Shown here: piece after piece, positions 36,773 through 48,655 of the stretch
Layout of the letters: the number at the start of each line of letters is the position of its first letter
Position numbering within the stretch: position 1 is the stretch's first letter
From: Octopus bimaculoides
Lineage: Eukaryota
Length of the DNA: 56,436 bases
Reading direction: 5' to 3'
Assembly: GCF_001194135.2 (NCBI RefSeq)
Contig: NC_068996.1
Span: 51,627,830-51,684,265 of the forward strand
Position numbers and translations under genes: made by a program
Notes under the pieces: generated by a model
Seen by the model: the letters and a program-made list of their open reading frames with translations, nothing else
Databases searched by the model: none
What the model was told of the DNA's origin: nothing

Positions 36773-38383
36773 GTAAAAGTGGAAATACAAATTACAAAAT
36801 TACAATTATTGTCATTTTTTCTACTTCTTTTTAATGGTTTTGGTAAAGTTTGAATTCAAAACAAGGTGTTCAGAACTTTAACTACGCAACCTGTTTCACT
36901 GGAAGCTTAAAAAGCAATTACATAATACTACTGAGTGTAGATATGGCTTTGCCTTAAGAAGTTTGCTTTGCATCCATTTGGTTCTGCAGCACACTGGAAA
37001 AGGTGTCTTCTACTATAGTCTTTGGCACCAAGCAAAACAATGTCTCATAAGTGGATCAATGGAAATTATATGAATGCCTGTAATGTATGTGTAGTTTGTA
37101 TAAGTACACACACACATCTATATATATATATGTGTGTGTGTGTGTTATATGTGTGTGAATGTTTTTAGTATTTTCTTTGGTTTCCATTGTTTGTACATGA
37201 GAAGATGCAGTAGTTTCTTCTTGGGTAGAATTTGCTAAACTAGAAAGAAACTGTGTGGAAGATTTAAGTAAATGACAACTGGCATAATAGTTCCCAGGTG
37301 AAAGTTGATTACTGGTTTTCTTACTAACTAATACATCATTTTTTTTTTTTTTTTTGTCTTTCCCTAATTGCACCATACACCTAGGGTTTTTAGGGACAGA
37401 TACAATCTCCTTTTTTTGCTTCCAGTGTTACATTTGTTCAGGATCATTGGCAGCATAATCCTCTATGTCATTGTTCCATTTATTTTGTGTTTTGCTAGGA
37501 AAAAGATCCAAACCTTCATAAATTAATGCATAAGTATTCAACTGTTTGACTATAAACACATTAAACGTATGAGAGGGGCAGCTTTTGCAGAGTTCCTTGT
37601 TTAGTTTCAACAAAAAATTGGAGCCACGATCATCACCTGGCACCATTGTTGCTTCTGATAAAATTGCCACCTTAATTTGGGACATTTAGTGTTCATACAA
37701 ACCATCTTAATGTATAAATGGTGATTTTTGTCTGTCATCATCTTAGTGCCTAAACCAGCAAACCAATATTCATGAACTTTGCATACATGTTACACTAAGA
37801 ACCAGTTCAATATTAGGTTAATTAGATTTCAATATAACCTATTAATACAGCTGTCATATTCACTTGACACTGTATACATACTTGTATAAATACAACATGC
37901 ACAGAAAGGTAGGTGTGAGGAATACGTAGCTTTAAGGAGAGAGAGGGTAGGTGACTTTTCCACTGTCCATCGCAAAGAAACACACATATACATACATATG
38001 TCTACTATACACCATTTTAAACTCGTGCGTTTGTAAATTTGTGTGTGTTGCGTCCTATAATTGTCTGTCTCTCTACTTTTGTAGGGTCTTCCCTGTTGCT
38101 GTTACATATTGTGAGATTTTAAAATTACATCAAAATTTTCAAATTTGGTATATTGCAATAACTTTCCACGTTAAATCCAATTTTGTTATTTATTTGTTCT
38201 TAACATCCAGTTGAATTATAGGCGAGGATTTCAATAAAAATCTATAATGAGCCTCCCTAGGGAGCGGGGCTGTAGCACATGTTTACAAATCAGCTATCAT
38301 CAGTGACAATGCCAAATACATGGACTATTTGTCGATGTATTAGTAAATCTAGTTATCTAATTTATTTAAATCAGATGCATATT

Positions 38384-38684
38384 CTTTTACATAACCACTA
38401 CACCATATGCCCATGGGCATATGGCGTAGTGGTTAAGAGCGCGGGCTACTAACCCCAAGATTCCGAGTTCGATTCCAAGCAGTGACCCGAACAATAATAA
38501 TAATAATAATAATATCGAAAAATACCTTTGGAATGAGAACCCAGGTTTGAAATTTCCCCCAAGACGCCTGAAGAAGGCTGGAAGGTATATTCAGCCAAAA
38601 TGTTGTGTTAACAAACAAGATGAGGACAAATATCCGTCAAATGTAAATAATGTACATAATTCCTCATCTCTTAAATATAGAACA
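38384..38684 (+). mobile_element. tRNA-headed SINE-like element with (AAT)n linker, hammerhead-like 3' motif and 11-bp TSD
   Basis: A box TGGCGTAGTGG (38422), B box GAGTTCGATTCC (38465), (AAT)n 38493-38513; AGATGCATATT at 38373-38383 and 38685-38695. Confidence 0.8.
38563..38609 (+). ncRNA. Degenerate minimal type-I hammerhead ribozyme motif (G12 to A, probably inactive)
   Basis: GACGC / CUGAAGA / A / GGCUGGA..UUCAGCC / (G>A)AAA / U-GU-U / GUGUU; stems I and II pair. Confidence 0.6.
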
Positions 38685-39198
38685 AGATGCATATTTGTTT
38701 GTTAAAATAATATAGGGACATTCTTTATTCACCCACAAATCAAATTAATAGTTTGTAATACCTATTTTTACCTATAAACTATTACCATCGACAATGGGTT
38801 GGGCATAAAGATGGGAACTGGACAGGAAACAGTGTAATGGTAAATGGGAACTGGGGATAACCCCCCACTTTCCTGGTATTACCAGTCAACTCATTTTACT
38901 CAGATGCGTATTTGTTTGTTAAAATAACCTAGGGACATTCATTATTCAGCCACTAATCATATTAATAGTTTGTAATACCTATTTTAAGCAATAAACTATT
39001 ACCATAAAAGCTAATAAAATATTTAATGGCTTAATTACACCTAACTGGTTCAAAAATTTATATATTGACATAGGATTGGGGATAGGAATGGGTGCATAAC
39101 TAAAACAAGAACTGAACGGGATAAGACATGAAACAGTGTAATGGGAATAGGAACTAGAAATAAGCCCTGCTTTTCTGTGTATTACCGGGTAATTCAGC

Positions 39199-39200
<2 letters not shown>
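38685..39200. repeat. Diverged local tandem duplication (~215-300 bp units)
   Basis: agatgc(a/g)tatttgtttgttaaaataa...ataaactattacca at 38685 and 38902; gaaacagtgtaatgg at ~38826 and ~39130. Confidence 0.85.
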
Positions 39201-39243
<43 letters not shown>

Positions 39244-40167
39244 NNNNNNNNNNNNNNNNNNNNNNNNNNNNNNNNNNNNNNNNNNNNNNNNNNNNNNNNN
39301 NNNNNNNNNNNNNNNNNNNNNNNNNNNNNNNNNNNNNNNNNNNNNNNNNNNNNNNNNNNNNNNNNNNNNNNNNNNNNNNNNNNNNNNNNNNNNNNNNNNN
39401 NNNNNNNNNNNNNNNNNNNNNNNNNNNNNNNNNNNNNNNNNNNNNNNNNNNNNNNNNNNNNNNNNNNNNNNNNNNNNNNNNNNNNNNNNNNNNNNNNNNN
39501 NNNNNNNNNNNNNNNNNNNNNNNNNNNNNNNNNNNNNNNNNNNNNNNNNNNNNNNNNNNNNNNNNNNNNNNNNNNNNNNNNNNNNNNNNNNNNNNNNNNN
39601 NNNNNNNNNNNNNNNNNNNNNNNNNNNNNNNNNNNNNNNNNNNNNNNNNNNNNNNNNNNNNNNNNNNNNNNNNNNNNNNNNNNNNNNNNNNNNNNNNNNN
39701 NNNNNNNNNNNNNNNNNNNNNNNNNNNNNNNNNNNNNNNNNNNNNNNNNNNNNNNNNNNNNNNNNNNNNNNNNNNNNNNNNNNNNNNNNNNNNNNNNNNN
39801 NNNNNNNNNNNNNNNNNNNNNNNNNNNNNNNNNNNNNNNNNNNNNNNNNNNNNNNNNNNNNNNNNNNNNNNNNNNNNNNNNNNNNNNNNNNNNNNNNNNN
39901 NNNNNNNNNNNNNNNNNNNNNNNNNNNNNNNNNNNNNNNNNNNNNNNNNNNNNNNNNNNNNNNNNNNNNNNNNNNNNNNNNNNNNNNNNNNNNNNNNNNN
40001 NNNNNNNNNNNNNNNNNNNNNNNNNNNNNNNNNNNNNNNNNNNNNNNNNNNNNNNNNNNNNNNNNNNNNNNNNNNNNNNNNNNNNNNNNNNNNNNNNNNN
40101 NNNNNNNNNNNNNNNNNNNNNNNNNNNNNNNNNNNNNNNNNNNNNNNNNNNNNNNNNNNNNNNNNNN
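39244..40167. other. Assembly gap (N)
   Basis: N run flanked by microsatellites. Confidence 1.
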
Positions 40168-41019
40168 ATATGCTTGTGTATATATTTATTCTGCATATTC
40201 GTGTGTGTGCGTGCTTGTGTTTATGTATGTGTGTGTGTGTACCTCTGCTTCCTTTGTGTGTGTGTGTTTGAGTGTCTATACGTATGAGTTTGTGTGAGTA
40301 TACACGTGTGTTTGTGGTGTATGCATGTGTGGAATGTGTATGTATATATATATATATAGTCGTGTGTTTCTACCTTGTGTGTGCTTGTCTGTCTGTATTG
40401 CTTATGTACCTACTTAAGTAAGTAGGTAGATAGATAGATAAATTACGTACATAGATAATACACTCATAAGGAGACAAAAACACATTATCATATATACATA
40501 CACACATATAGGCACACTTGCAACACACAACAGGCACATACTCACACAAATTCATACTTATAGACATGTTCAAACATTTACACTAATAATAAAGAAAAGG
40601 AGTGGAATTGAACCAGTATGTGTGTTAACTATATTGGTACAATGACTCTTCCTAGTCAACGAAATTTGTTTCAACACACAAATTCACATTAAGAATCTTT
40701 TAGACCAGATACATAACCGTATGAGAGTTGATTCATTTGACTAAACACCTTCAAAGCAGTGCCCCAGCATGGCTGCAGTCCAGTGACTGAAACAAGTAAA
40801 AAAAAAGCTGTGTGTGTGTGCGCGCATGTATGTTGTACAGTAAACTTGCCAAAGGAATGAAAAATCCATTTCTTGAGGGAGGACTGTGTCTGAAATATTG
40901 GCTTTTCCCATTCCTGGCAAGTTTATTGTGCTGTTTTCATCAATTTTGAAACACACAATATATCTTGCCAATGCAAAACATCTGCCTCATTGAATTCTGT
41001 TTGATTATTCATTCACACA

Positions 41020-41383
41020 TACATACCCATTCCATGCTGGCATAAGGTTAGAACGCTTGGCTGGAACTGGTAAGCTGGAGAGCTGTACCAGGTTCCAGTC
41101 TGATTTTGGCTTGGTTTCTACAGCTCAATGCCCTTCCTAATGCTAACCCCTCTAAAAGTTTAGTGGGTGCCCTTATGTGTTGCCTGCCTGGGTACTTTCA
41201 CATGACAGTGGCATGGAAGCTGTTGTCTCACCAGCACTAGCCACAACTACGATTTCACTTGAGTCTTTTCAAGCACAGCCAAAGGTCAGGAACCTTTGTC
41301 ATTGCCTCTGTGAGACCCCACATTCAAAGATCATGCTTCACCACCTCATCCCATGTCTTCTTGGGTCTACCCCTTCTTCCCTG

Positions 41384-41385
<2 letters not shown>
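41020..41385 (-). mobile_element. RTE LINE 3' fragment with tail
   Basis: Similar to 19400-19520 and to the tail consensus (cccattccatgctggcat...gcccttcctaatgctaacc). Confidence 0.75.
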
Positions 41386-41416
<31 letters not shown>

Positions 41417-41887
41417 AGAGGATAGTCAGTTGATCAGAGTGGAAAGGAAAGGTAAGTAGTTTCATAAGAATATGAAGGGAGAGTAATAGGTGGTTGAAGG
41501 GGGATGTAGAGATGAATGTGTTAAATAATGTGCAAAGGGGAGGTGCAGTTGGTGAGGAGAGTAGGCAAGATGAGAGAGAGATAGTGGCTCAAGACAGGAT
41601 AAATTTTAAGGTGCAACTGATGAACAAGGTGTAGGAGTGATGGAGAGATGTGGGGGTATGTAATTGTGTGTATAGTGAGTGGGACATAATGGTAGATATG
41701 AGAGGTTGTTCAGAATGATAACACACACACATATATGATGTTATTGTAGCTAAAATCAAATTTCACAAACTGCTACTCAGTTTTGTGATAATACTGACTT
41801 TAAAAACTTGTAAATTGTGAGTATATATTTTGTCTATAGTCACCAATTCAATGAATAATCATTTAAATCTTGTTATACCAATAATTA

Positions 41888-43925
41888 CACTGGCCAACAG
41901 AATTTTTGTTGCATTGATACCAACAATTGGTATTAGCTAATCTGATTATGGTGCAGCCTTCTGGCTTGCCAGTCCTCAGTCAAATTGTCCAACTCATGCT
42001 AACATGGAAAGCGGACGTTAAACGATGATGATGAAGTTAGTTTTTCTCTGTAAGCTCTGCATTTTTTGCAATTAAAGCATTTTTATATTTTCCAAATTTT
42101 GAATATTTCTTGAGATATGATATAATCCATCTGATAATTTTATAGTTGTACAATCTTCAAACTAGATGGAAAAGAACGAATATCCATGCCTTGAGATTCT
42201 AACTTTATTCATATATATGAGTTACTACACCACAATAAGAATTAGTTATAAAAATAATATTTATTCCGATGCTGAGTAAAGTAAATGTTATCACCATCTG
42301 CTTTTCATTTGAAAATATATATATTATATACAAATGATAGTTGTACATAGCTGAGAAACTGATTAGGATGGAAGATAGAACACAAATAAATCTTATTCAG
42401 GCAAGAATTTACACTGGGAGTTCTTGCATTTGTAGACTTAATCAGGGAAATCTTTAATGCTCCAACAGTAGTCTGCCATCATGTTTTTGTCCCATTGCTT
42501 TTGTTAATGCTCTTCCATGGTCCTGAGGTGTTGGTGGAAGCACTCTTCTTGTTCATCACTTCTCCAGGATTTTCAGGGAATTGATTGGAGTGACTATGCA
42601 GGAAAAGGAGTTTAATGCTCATCTTACACCCCAAGTCCATGGAAAGCTAACAGAATATTATTTACAAGAATTTCATAGTCATCTGCTTTTCTGTTTCCAA
42701 GAAAAAATTTTTTATTGTATGGAATGACAGCCATGCTACTCTTTCCTTGTCATTCCCTCTTTCCAACAAATTCTTCATCATGTACAAGGGCACGAATCTG
42801 AGCTCTGTTAAACACATCTGCTTTGATCTGCTCAAATGACAAGCCAAGAAATGCAGAGACTATATGTTGAAAACATTCAGCATCAGTATGCTATGCCTCA
42901 GTGAATTGCTTGATCAAGCCCAGCTTTATTTGGAGTGGTGGGGAAAAATAATCTTGTCTCAGCTGACAATTGGATCATTCACAATATTTGGCATGTCTGC
43001 TTCCAGAGTCTCATGAATGGGACACTTCTTCTGGATCCAGTGTTTCTCTTGAGCTCAGCTGTTCCCACATGCAGAGATAGCAAGGATGTTTTGTGAAACC
43101 TTTCTGTTGGCCAAGGAGGGAATTGACCATTTTCAAATCTAGACAAATGATCCAGTTGTGCTTTGTGATATTTTAGTTGGTCAATAACCGTTTTCTTATG
43201 CCATTGTATTCTTCTTGCAAATGCACTGAGTGACCAGCTGGGACAGCTCCATAAACATGAGAATGCACTTTGAACAATTTAGAAACAGTCACCAGTCGGT
43301 TGAATTATACAAGAGGATTCCTAATTCTTGAAGAAGACTGGGAATATCGTGGTAGGAAACAAAGTGTTTCTCTTCTGACAAAAAAAAATGACACAAAAAT
43401 CTGGTTTTGTTTTCAAAAACAAGAAACTTTTGTAGTCTGGTCAAGTAGACAGTGAGACTTCAGCTGCAGTCTTGGAGAGTCCTAAATCATTCAGTTCTGT
43501 TTGGCTAAAATGATTTTTTGGTACTATAAGAGAGGTCTTGGAATTGTGAAGTAATTTCTTGATCTTCTTTATCACCTTAGTACTCTTGTTCACTAGCTTC
43601 GTCTTTGGAAGAGGTAAACTGGAATTGGGAGTAATTGCTGAAGGAATATTGGGATAAGATTTTTTATGCCTATTTTCATTGCCAATGCCTTTTATGTTAA
43701 CCATATAAAAATAAGTTACTTGTGTGGTCCCTGGGTTATTGCCAAACCATAGGAACTCCAAACAGCAGGCCCTTTCATTTTCCTTTTATCCAGTCATGAA
43801 GCATTTCCTTACAGTTATGACACATAACATGAGGGGTCCATTTTTTATCTTGGTTGCCTAGGAGAATTCCAAAATAGGCTTTATAAGCCCAACTTGCAAT
43901 CAGTGTGATATTGTACCTTTGGCAA
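41888..43925 (-). mobile_element. Chapaev3-like (CMC group) DNA transposon remnant, 5' end lost, with an RTE tail inserted at ~41948-42033
   Basis: Minus-strand motifs AYKAYFG..LGNQDKKWTPHVMCHNC, FGVPMVW, FSQTELNDL.GLSK.AAE, KMSIKLLFLHSH..QFPEN, EQEECFHQ and MMADY. Terminus CAC at 41888 preceded by TTA. Transposase nature is clear; the superfamily label is from memory. Confidence 0.7.
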
Positions 43926-44419
43926 ATAAGTGTGAAGGAGCAGAAATAAGTGTCTTGCTATAGAGGAGGTACATGGTTACCCAGGGAGGGAGAGGTACAA
44001 GAAATAAGCCAGAAACAAGTGTGCTGATGTAAAAGAGATACTTGATGACCTAGTCAGACAAAAAAAAACAAGAGAAGGCAAGAGTGATCAAAGGGAAAGA
44101 AAGAGAGAGAGAGATAGTAGGAAACAGCAAAAGTGTAAGAAAGAGCCGAAGAGAGATGGTGTAGTGCTAGGGTATACTCACGAGTAACAAGAATATGAGC
44201 ATGGAACCTGGTTAGAAAAATAGGGTGTGGGTGATGGGGGATGTGGAGAGCAGTGAGCAGGGCAGTGAGGGCAAGAAAAGGGATTGGAAAACAATCATGA
44301 TTTATGAAAAGGAAATGGGAGGAAGAGGAAGATGCAGTTTGGTTTCTTAGAGTAGAGTGTGTGGGTCACAACTCTTCTTACACTCAGTTTTGTGGACGGG
44401 TCTTCTCTAGAACTTCATA

Positions 44420-44870
44420 TCACCAAACATCTCAGTCTAGCGTCATTTCCTTCATGAGCCCCAACATCCTAAGGTCAGTCCTCACCACTTCATCCCATGT
44501 CTTCCTGGCTCTTCCCCTCTTCCACACGTATCATCCACTTTCAGCAACAGGCACTTCTGTATACAGCTGTCGTCACTCATATGCCTCACATGTCCAAACC
44601 AATGCATTCTCCTCTCCTGCAGACCCTATTTAAATCCCTCTTATGCCTAACTTTTCTCTCAACACAGTTGTGCTCTGTCGGTCATGCACACTAATGTTGC
44701 AAATCCAATGGAGCATACTACCTTCATTCCTCTCCAGCCTACAAATGTCCTCTGCAGTCAGAGCTCATGTCTCACTACCATGTAACATAGCCATTCATAC
44801 ACAAGCCACATACAATCTGTCTTTCTCTCTGAAAGAGAGTCCTCTTGTGGCCAACAGAGTTCCTTCATCC
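44420..44870 (-). mobile_element. RTE LINE C-terminal fragment
   Basis: DNA similar to 45850-46250 (tcatcccatgtcttcctggctc...catgtaacatagcc). Confidence 0.75.
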
Positions 44871-45109
44871 TATTCTTATTTTAGTGACAATACTTTCAGA
44901 GCATCCACCACCTTTAATAATTTGGTTAATTAAATAGCAGAAACTATCTACTACCTCAAGAGAGCCTCCTAGTTATATACATATATATACATGGAATCGT
45001 GTGTGTGTGTGACATTGAATATAGCTTGTGGTGGAATGGTAGGGAAGGTCGATAGCTTTGGTGATAAAGAGAGATAATACTTACTGAGGATGAGAAAGAT
45101 AGATATCGT

Positions 45110-45345
45110 TTATCTTTTATTTGTTTCAGTGATTAGACTGTGACCATGCTGGGGCACCACCCCGAAGAACTTTAGTTGAGCAAATCAATCCCAGTACTTA
45201 TTTCAATTTTAATCTTGGTTTTTACTCTATTGTCTCTTTTGTGAAACCGCTAAATTATGGGGACATAAACACACCAACATTGGTTGTCAAGTGGAGAAAC
45301 AAACACATACATATAGACAGTTTCTGTCTGCCAAATCCACTCCTG
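45110..45345 (-). mobile_element. Degraded SINE of the dominant family
   Basis: Tail and body motifs in reverse orientation. Confidence 0.7.
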
Positions 45346-45371
45346 GCTAATAACCTGCGTATTGCTACTTT

Positions 45372-48300
45372 CATCATCATCATCGTTATTTAACGTCCGC
45401 TTTCCATGCTAGCATGGGTTGGACGGTTTGACCGAGGACTGGCAAGCCAGGAGGCTGCACCAGACATCAGTCTGATCTGGTAATGTTTCTACAGCTGATA
45501 TCCTTCCTAACGCCAACCACTCTGAGAGTGTAGTGGGTGCTTTTTATGTGCCACCACTGGCATGAGGGCCAATCAGATGGCACTGGCATCGACCACACTT
45601 GAATGGTGCTTTTTACATGCCACCGGCGTAGGAGCCAGTCAGGCGGTACTGGCATCAGCCACGACAGCAATTTTACTTGACTTGATAGGTCTTCTCAAGC
45701 ACAGCACATTGCCAGACAATTGAAGAGAACTCTTAAATGGGCTGGTTATGTGATCTGGCATAGGCCATAGCTATGATCTCACTTAGCTTGCTGGTTCTTC
45801 TCAAGCACAACATCTCTCCAAAGGTCTCAGCTGCTAGTCATTGCCTCAGTGAGCCCCTACGTTTGAAGGTCATGCTTCACTACCTCATCCCAGTTCTTCC
45901 TTGGTCTACCTCTTGCGCAGGTTCCTTCCACAGTTAGAGATCGGCACTTCTTTACACAGCTGTCCTTCTCCATACATAACACATGACCATACCAGCGCAG
46001 TCGTCTCTCTTGCACACCACACCTGATGCTGCTTATGTCCAACATTTCTCTCAGGACGCTTACACTCTGTCGTATATGCACACTGACATTACACATACAG
46101 TGGAGCATACTAGCTTCATTTCTTTCAAGCCTACGCATGTCCTCAGCAGTCATGGCCCATGTTTCGCTGTCATGTAGCATGGCTGTTTGCACACATGCAT
46201 CATACAGCCTACCTTTCACTCTGTGCAAGAGGCCCTTTGTCGCCAGCAGAGGTAAGAGCTCTCTGAACTTTGCCCAGGCTAGCAGCTACACTCTCAGAGT
46301 ACCCACCCCCACTACTGACCTGGTCACCTAGGTAATGGAAGCTATCGACTGTTTCTAGTTTTTTCCCCTGGGATGTGATGGAAGTTGTTCTCTGCACATT
46401 TTCACTGTTTATAGCACCTGAGCATTTACCCCATACAAAAACTATCTTCCCAGTTAGCCTCCCTCTGATATTGCTGCACCTCTTATGTGTCCATAGCTTA
46501 CATTAGGTACATCTTATGGAGTTTCTACCTACGCCTTTCCTACAGACCAAGTAGGGCCATCTACCTGAAGGGATTTGTGGTTTATCTGCCTTCCTACTTA
46601 TTAAGACTTTGGTTTTAGCTAGGGTGACTCTAAGGCCCTTCGATTCTAGACCTTGCTTCCACCCCTGAAACTTTTCCTCTAGATCTGGTAGTGACTCAGC
46701 TATTAGAGCAAGGTCATCAGCATANNNNNNNNNNATACTCGTTGCCAACCTTCACATTAACTGACAACGTCCCTGTATATAGCTTGTACAGCCCTCACTA
46801 ACCATTCTTCTATCCCTAGTTTCTTCATTGACCACCAGATAAGGGATCGGGGGACCCTATCAAAGGCTTTCTCCATGTCAACAAAAGCCAAGTATAGAGG
46901 TTTATCTTTGGCTAGGTATTTCTCCTGCAGCTGTCTTACCAGAAATATAGCATCAGTGGTGCTTCTCCCTGGTACAAACCCAAACTGCATCTTGTCTAAA
47001 CTAACTCTCTCCCTAATTAGTTGGGTTATGACCCTTTCAGTGACTTTCATCACCTGATACAATTTAACTCTGTAATTATTCCTGTTTAATGCATCACCTT
47101 TGCCTTTAGCAGTTGACTATGGTTCTACACCAGACATTGGGTATGACTTCTTCATGTATCACCTGAATGACTATATGAGTGACTAGACTATAGCTGACAC
47201 CGCTAGATATTTTGAGCATCTCTGCAGTTATTCCTGATAGGCTGGGAGCTTTTCCTGTTTCCTACCATTAATTGTTTTATCTTCTAAGGTACTGGTTCTT
47301 CTGTTGAGTCGATATTTGGCAGACTCTCTTTCTCCTATTCATTCTCTTCATTTAGCAACCTTTCATAGTAGCAGCTCCAAGTCTCTCTCCTTGCAACCTT
47401 ATTAAATGCAAGTGAACCATCATCCATGCAGACACATTTCTCTCCTATGACATCATGATTCTCCCTCACACACTGTCTTGCAATATGAAACATGCAGAAC
47501 ATTGGCAAATTTTTTTTATCTGCTTCCACTCTGGCTAAATAAACCTGTTGCCTAGCTTCCCTTCTGGCAGTCTAGTCTGATACCATGCCCTGCTACCACC
47601 GTTCTTTCAGTCCTTCCAAGCCTATTTCTTTTCTATAATAGCCGTCAACAACATTGTTCCACCACCACGTTACTTTAGGTTGAAAGGGGACTTTGCACCA
47701 TCCATAGATCTGATCAGTAGCCCTCAACAGGTTGTCCTGTAGGAACCTTCAGTTGTCCTCTACATGATGGTGTGCTATATCCTCTTTTTTGTCAAAAGCT
47801 TCATGTAATACATCTCTAAATCTCTGTCCATTCACAGGATCTTTAAGCTTCCAGACCCTTCTTTTCCATGCTGGTCGTCTTCTGGGCATCCATTTATCCT
47901 TGACCCTGAAGTCACTAACTACTAATCTATGTTGTGGGGTGCATTCTTCACCTGGGAAGGTTTTGGCATTTATAAGCAGCCATCTTTCCCATTTCCTGGT
48001 GAGGATGTAGTCAATTTGACCAGTGTGTCCACCAGACCGGTAGGTGAATAGGTGATTGGCAGGTTTCCTGAAGTTAGTATCACAAACCATAAGATCTTTT
48101 GCATCGCAGAACTTCAGCAGCTTGGTTCCCTCCTCATTTTGAGAACCAAAACCATAGCCTTCATGTAAGACCCATACATGTTGTCCAACATGTCCGTTGA
48201 AGTCACCAGCTACAAAGAGAAGGTCTCTGTCATTTGTTGACAAGGTAGTCTGCAAGAGGGTGTCATAAAATCGGTCTTTCTGTTCATCAGGTAGCCCTGG

Positions 48301-48655
48301 CTGAGAGACATAAGCCATGATAATGGTTGCTAATCCATGTTGCAGCACTAATCTAATCTTAAGTATTCTATCACAGACTCTGACTACCTCAATTACCTTA
48401 TCAACCCATTTCTCCACAAGAAGTATACCCACACTCCCGACCCTGTCAGTGTTCCCTACCCAGAAAATCTTATACCTGAGTTCTTTGCATGTGAAGAATC
48501 TAGCAGAACTTCCTCTCCACCTTACTTCTTGGATGCAGCACAGATCTACACGTCTCCATTGAAGCATCTCAACAATCTCACCAGACCTACCTTTCAATGT
48601 GCCAACACTAAGGGTGTGGAAGGTGTGCCTCTGTCCATGTAGTGACATACCTGAA
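45372..48655 (-). mobile_element. Near full-length RTE-clade LINE, defective: AP endonuclease, RT, PHD-like finger and 3' UTR with (GAT)n tail
   Basis: ORF 47749-48648 carries APE motifs (CIQEVRW, VAGDFNGHVG, IDYIL, HRLVV). RT motifs QFGFVPGRSTTDAIF, VDMEKAFDRVP and YADD; C-terminal GRPRK.W; tail begins catcatcatc at 45372. Confidence 0.95.
46725..46734. other. Assembly gap (10 N) inside the RTE RT
   Basis: N run; the RT segment between VRVGNEY and YADD is missing, so the true gap is larger. Confidence 0.95.

Noticed and set aside
38250-38270. 12-bp palindrome CTCCCTAGGGAG
   Set aside because: Single short palindrome with no supporting context; expected by chance at this scale.
38415-38488. 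Functional tRNA gene
   Set aside because: Anticodon stem mispairs (GCGGG/CCCCA), acceptor stem is poor, and it is embedded in a TSD-flanked repeat.
39141-40297. Long ORFs spanning N gaps (also 2324-2897, 21012-21377, 29193-30451)
   Set aside because: Artefacts of N runs and TA/TG microsatellites.
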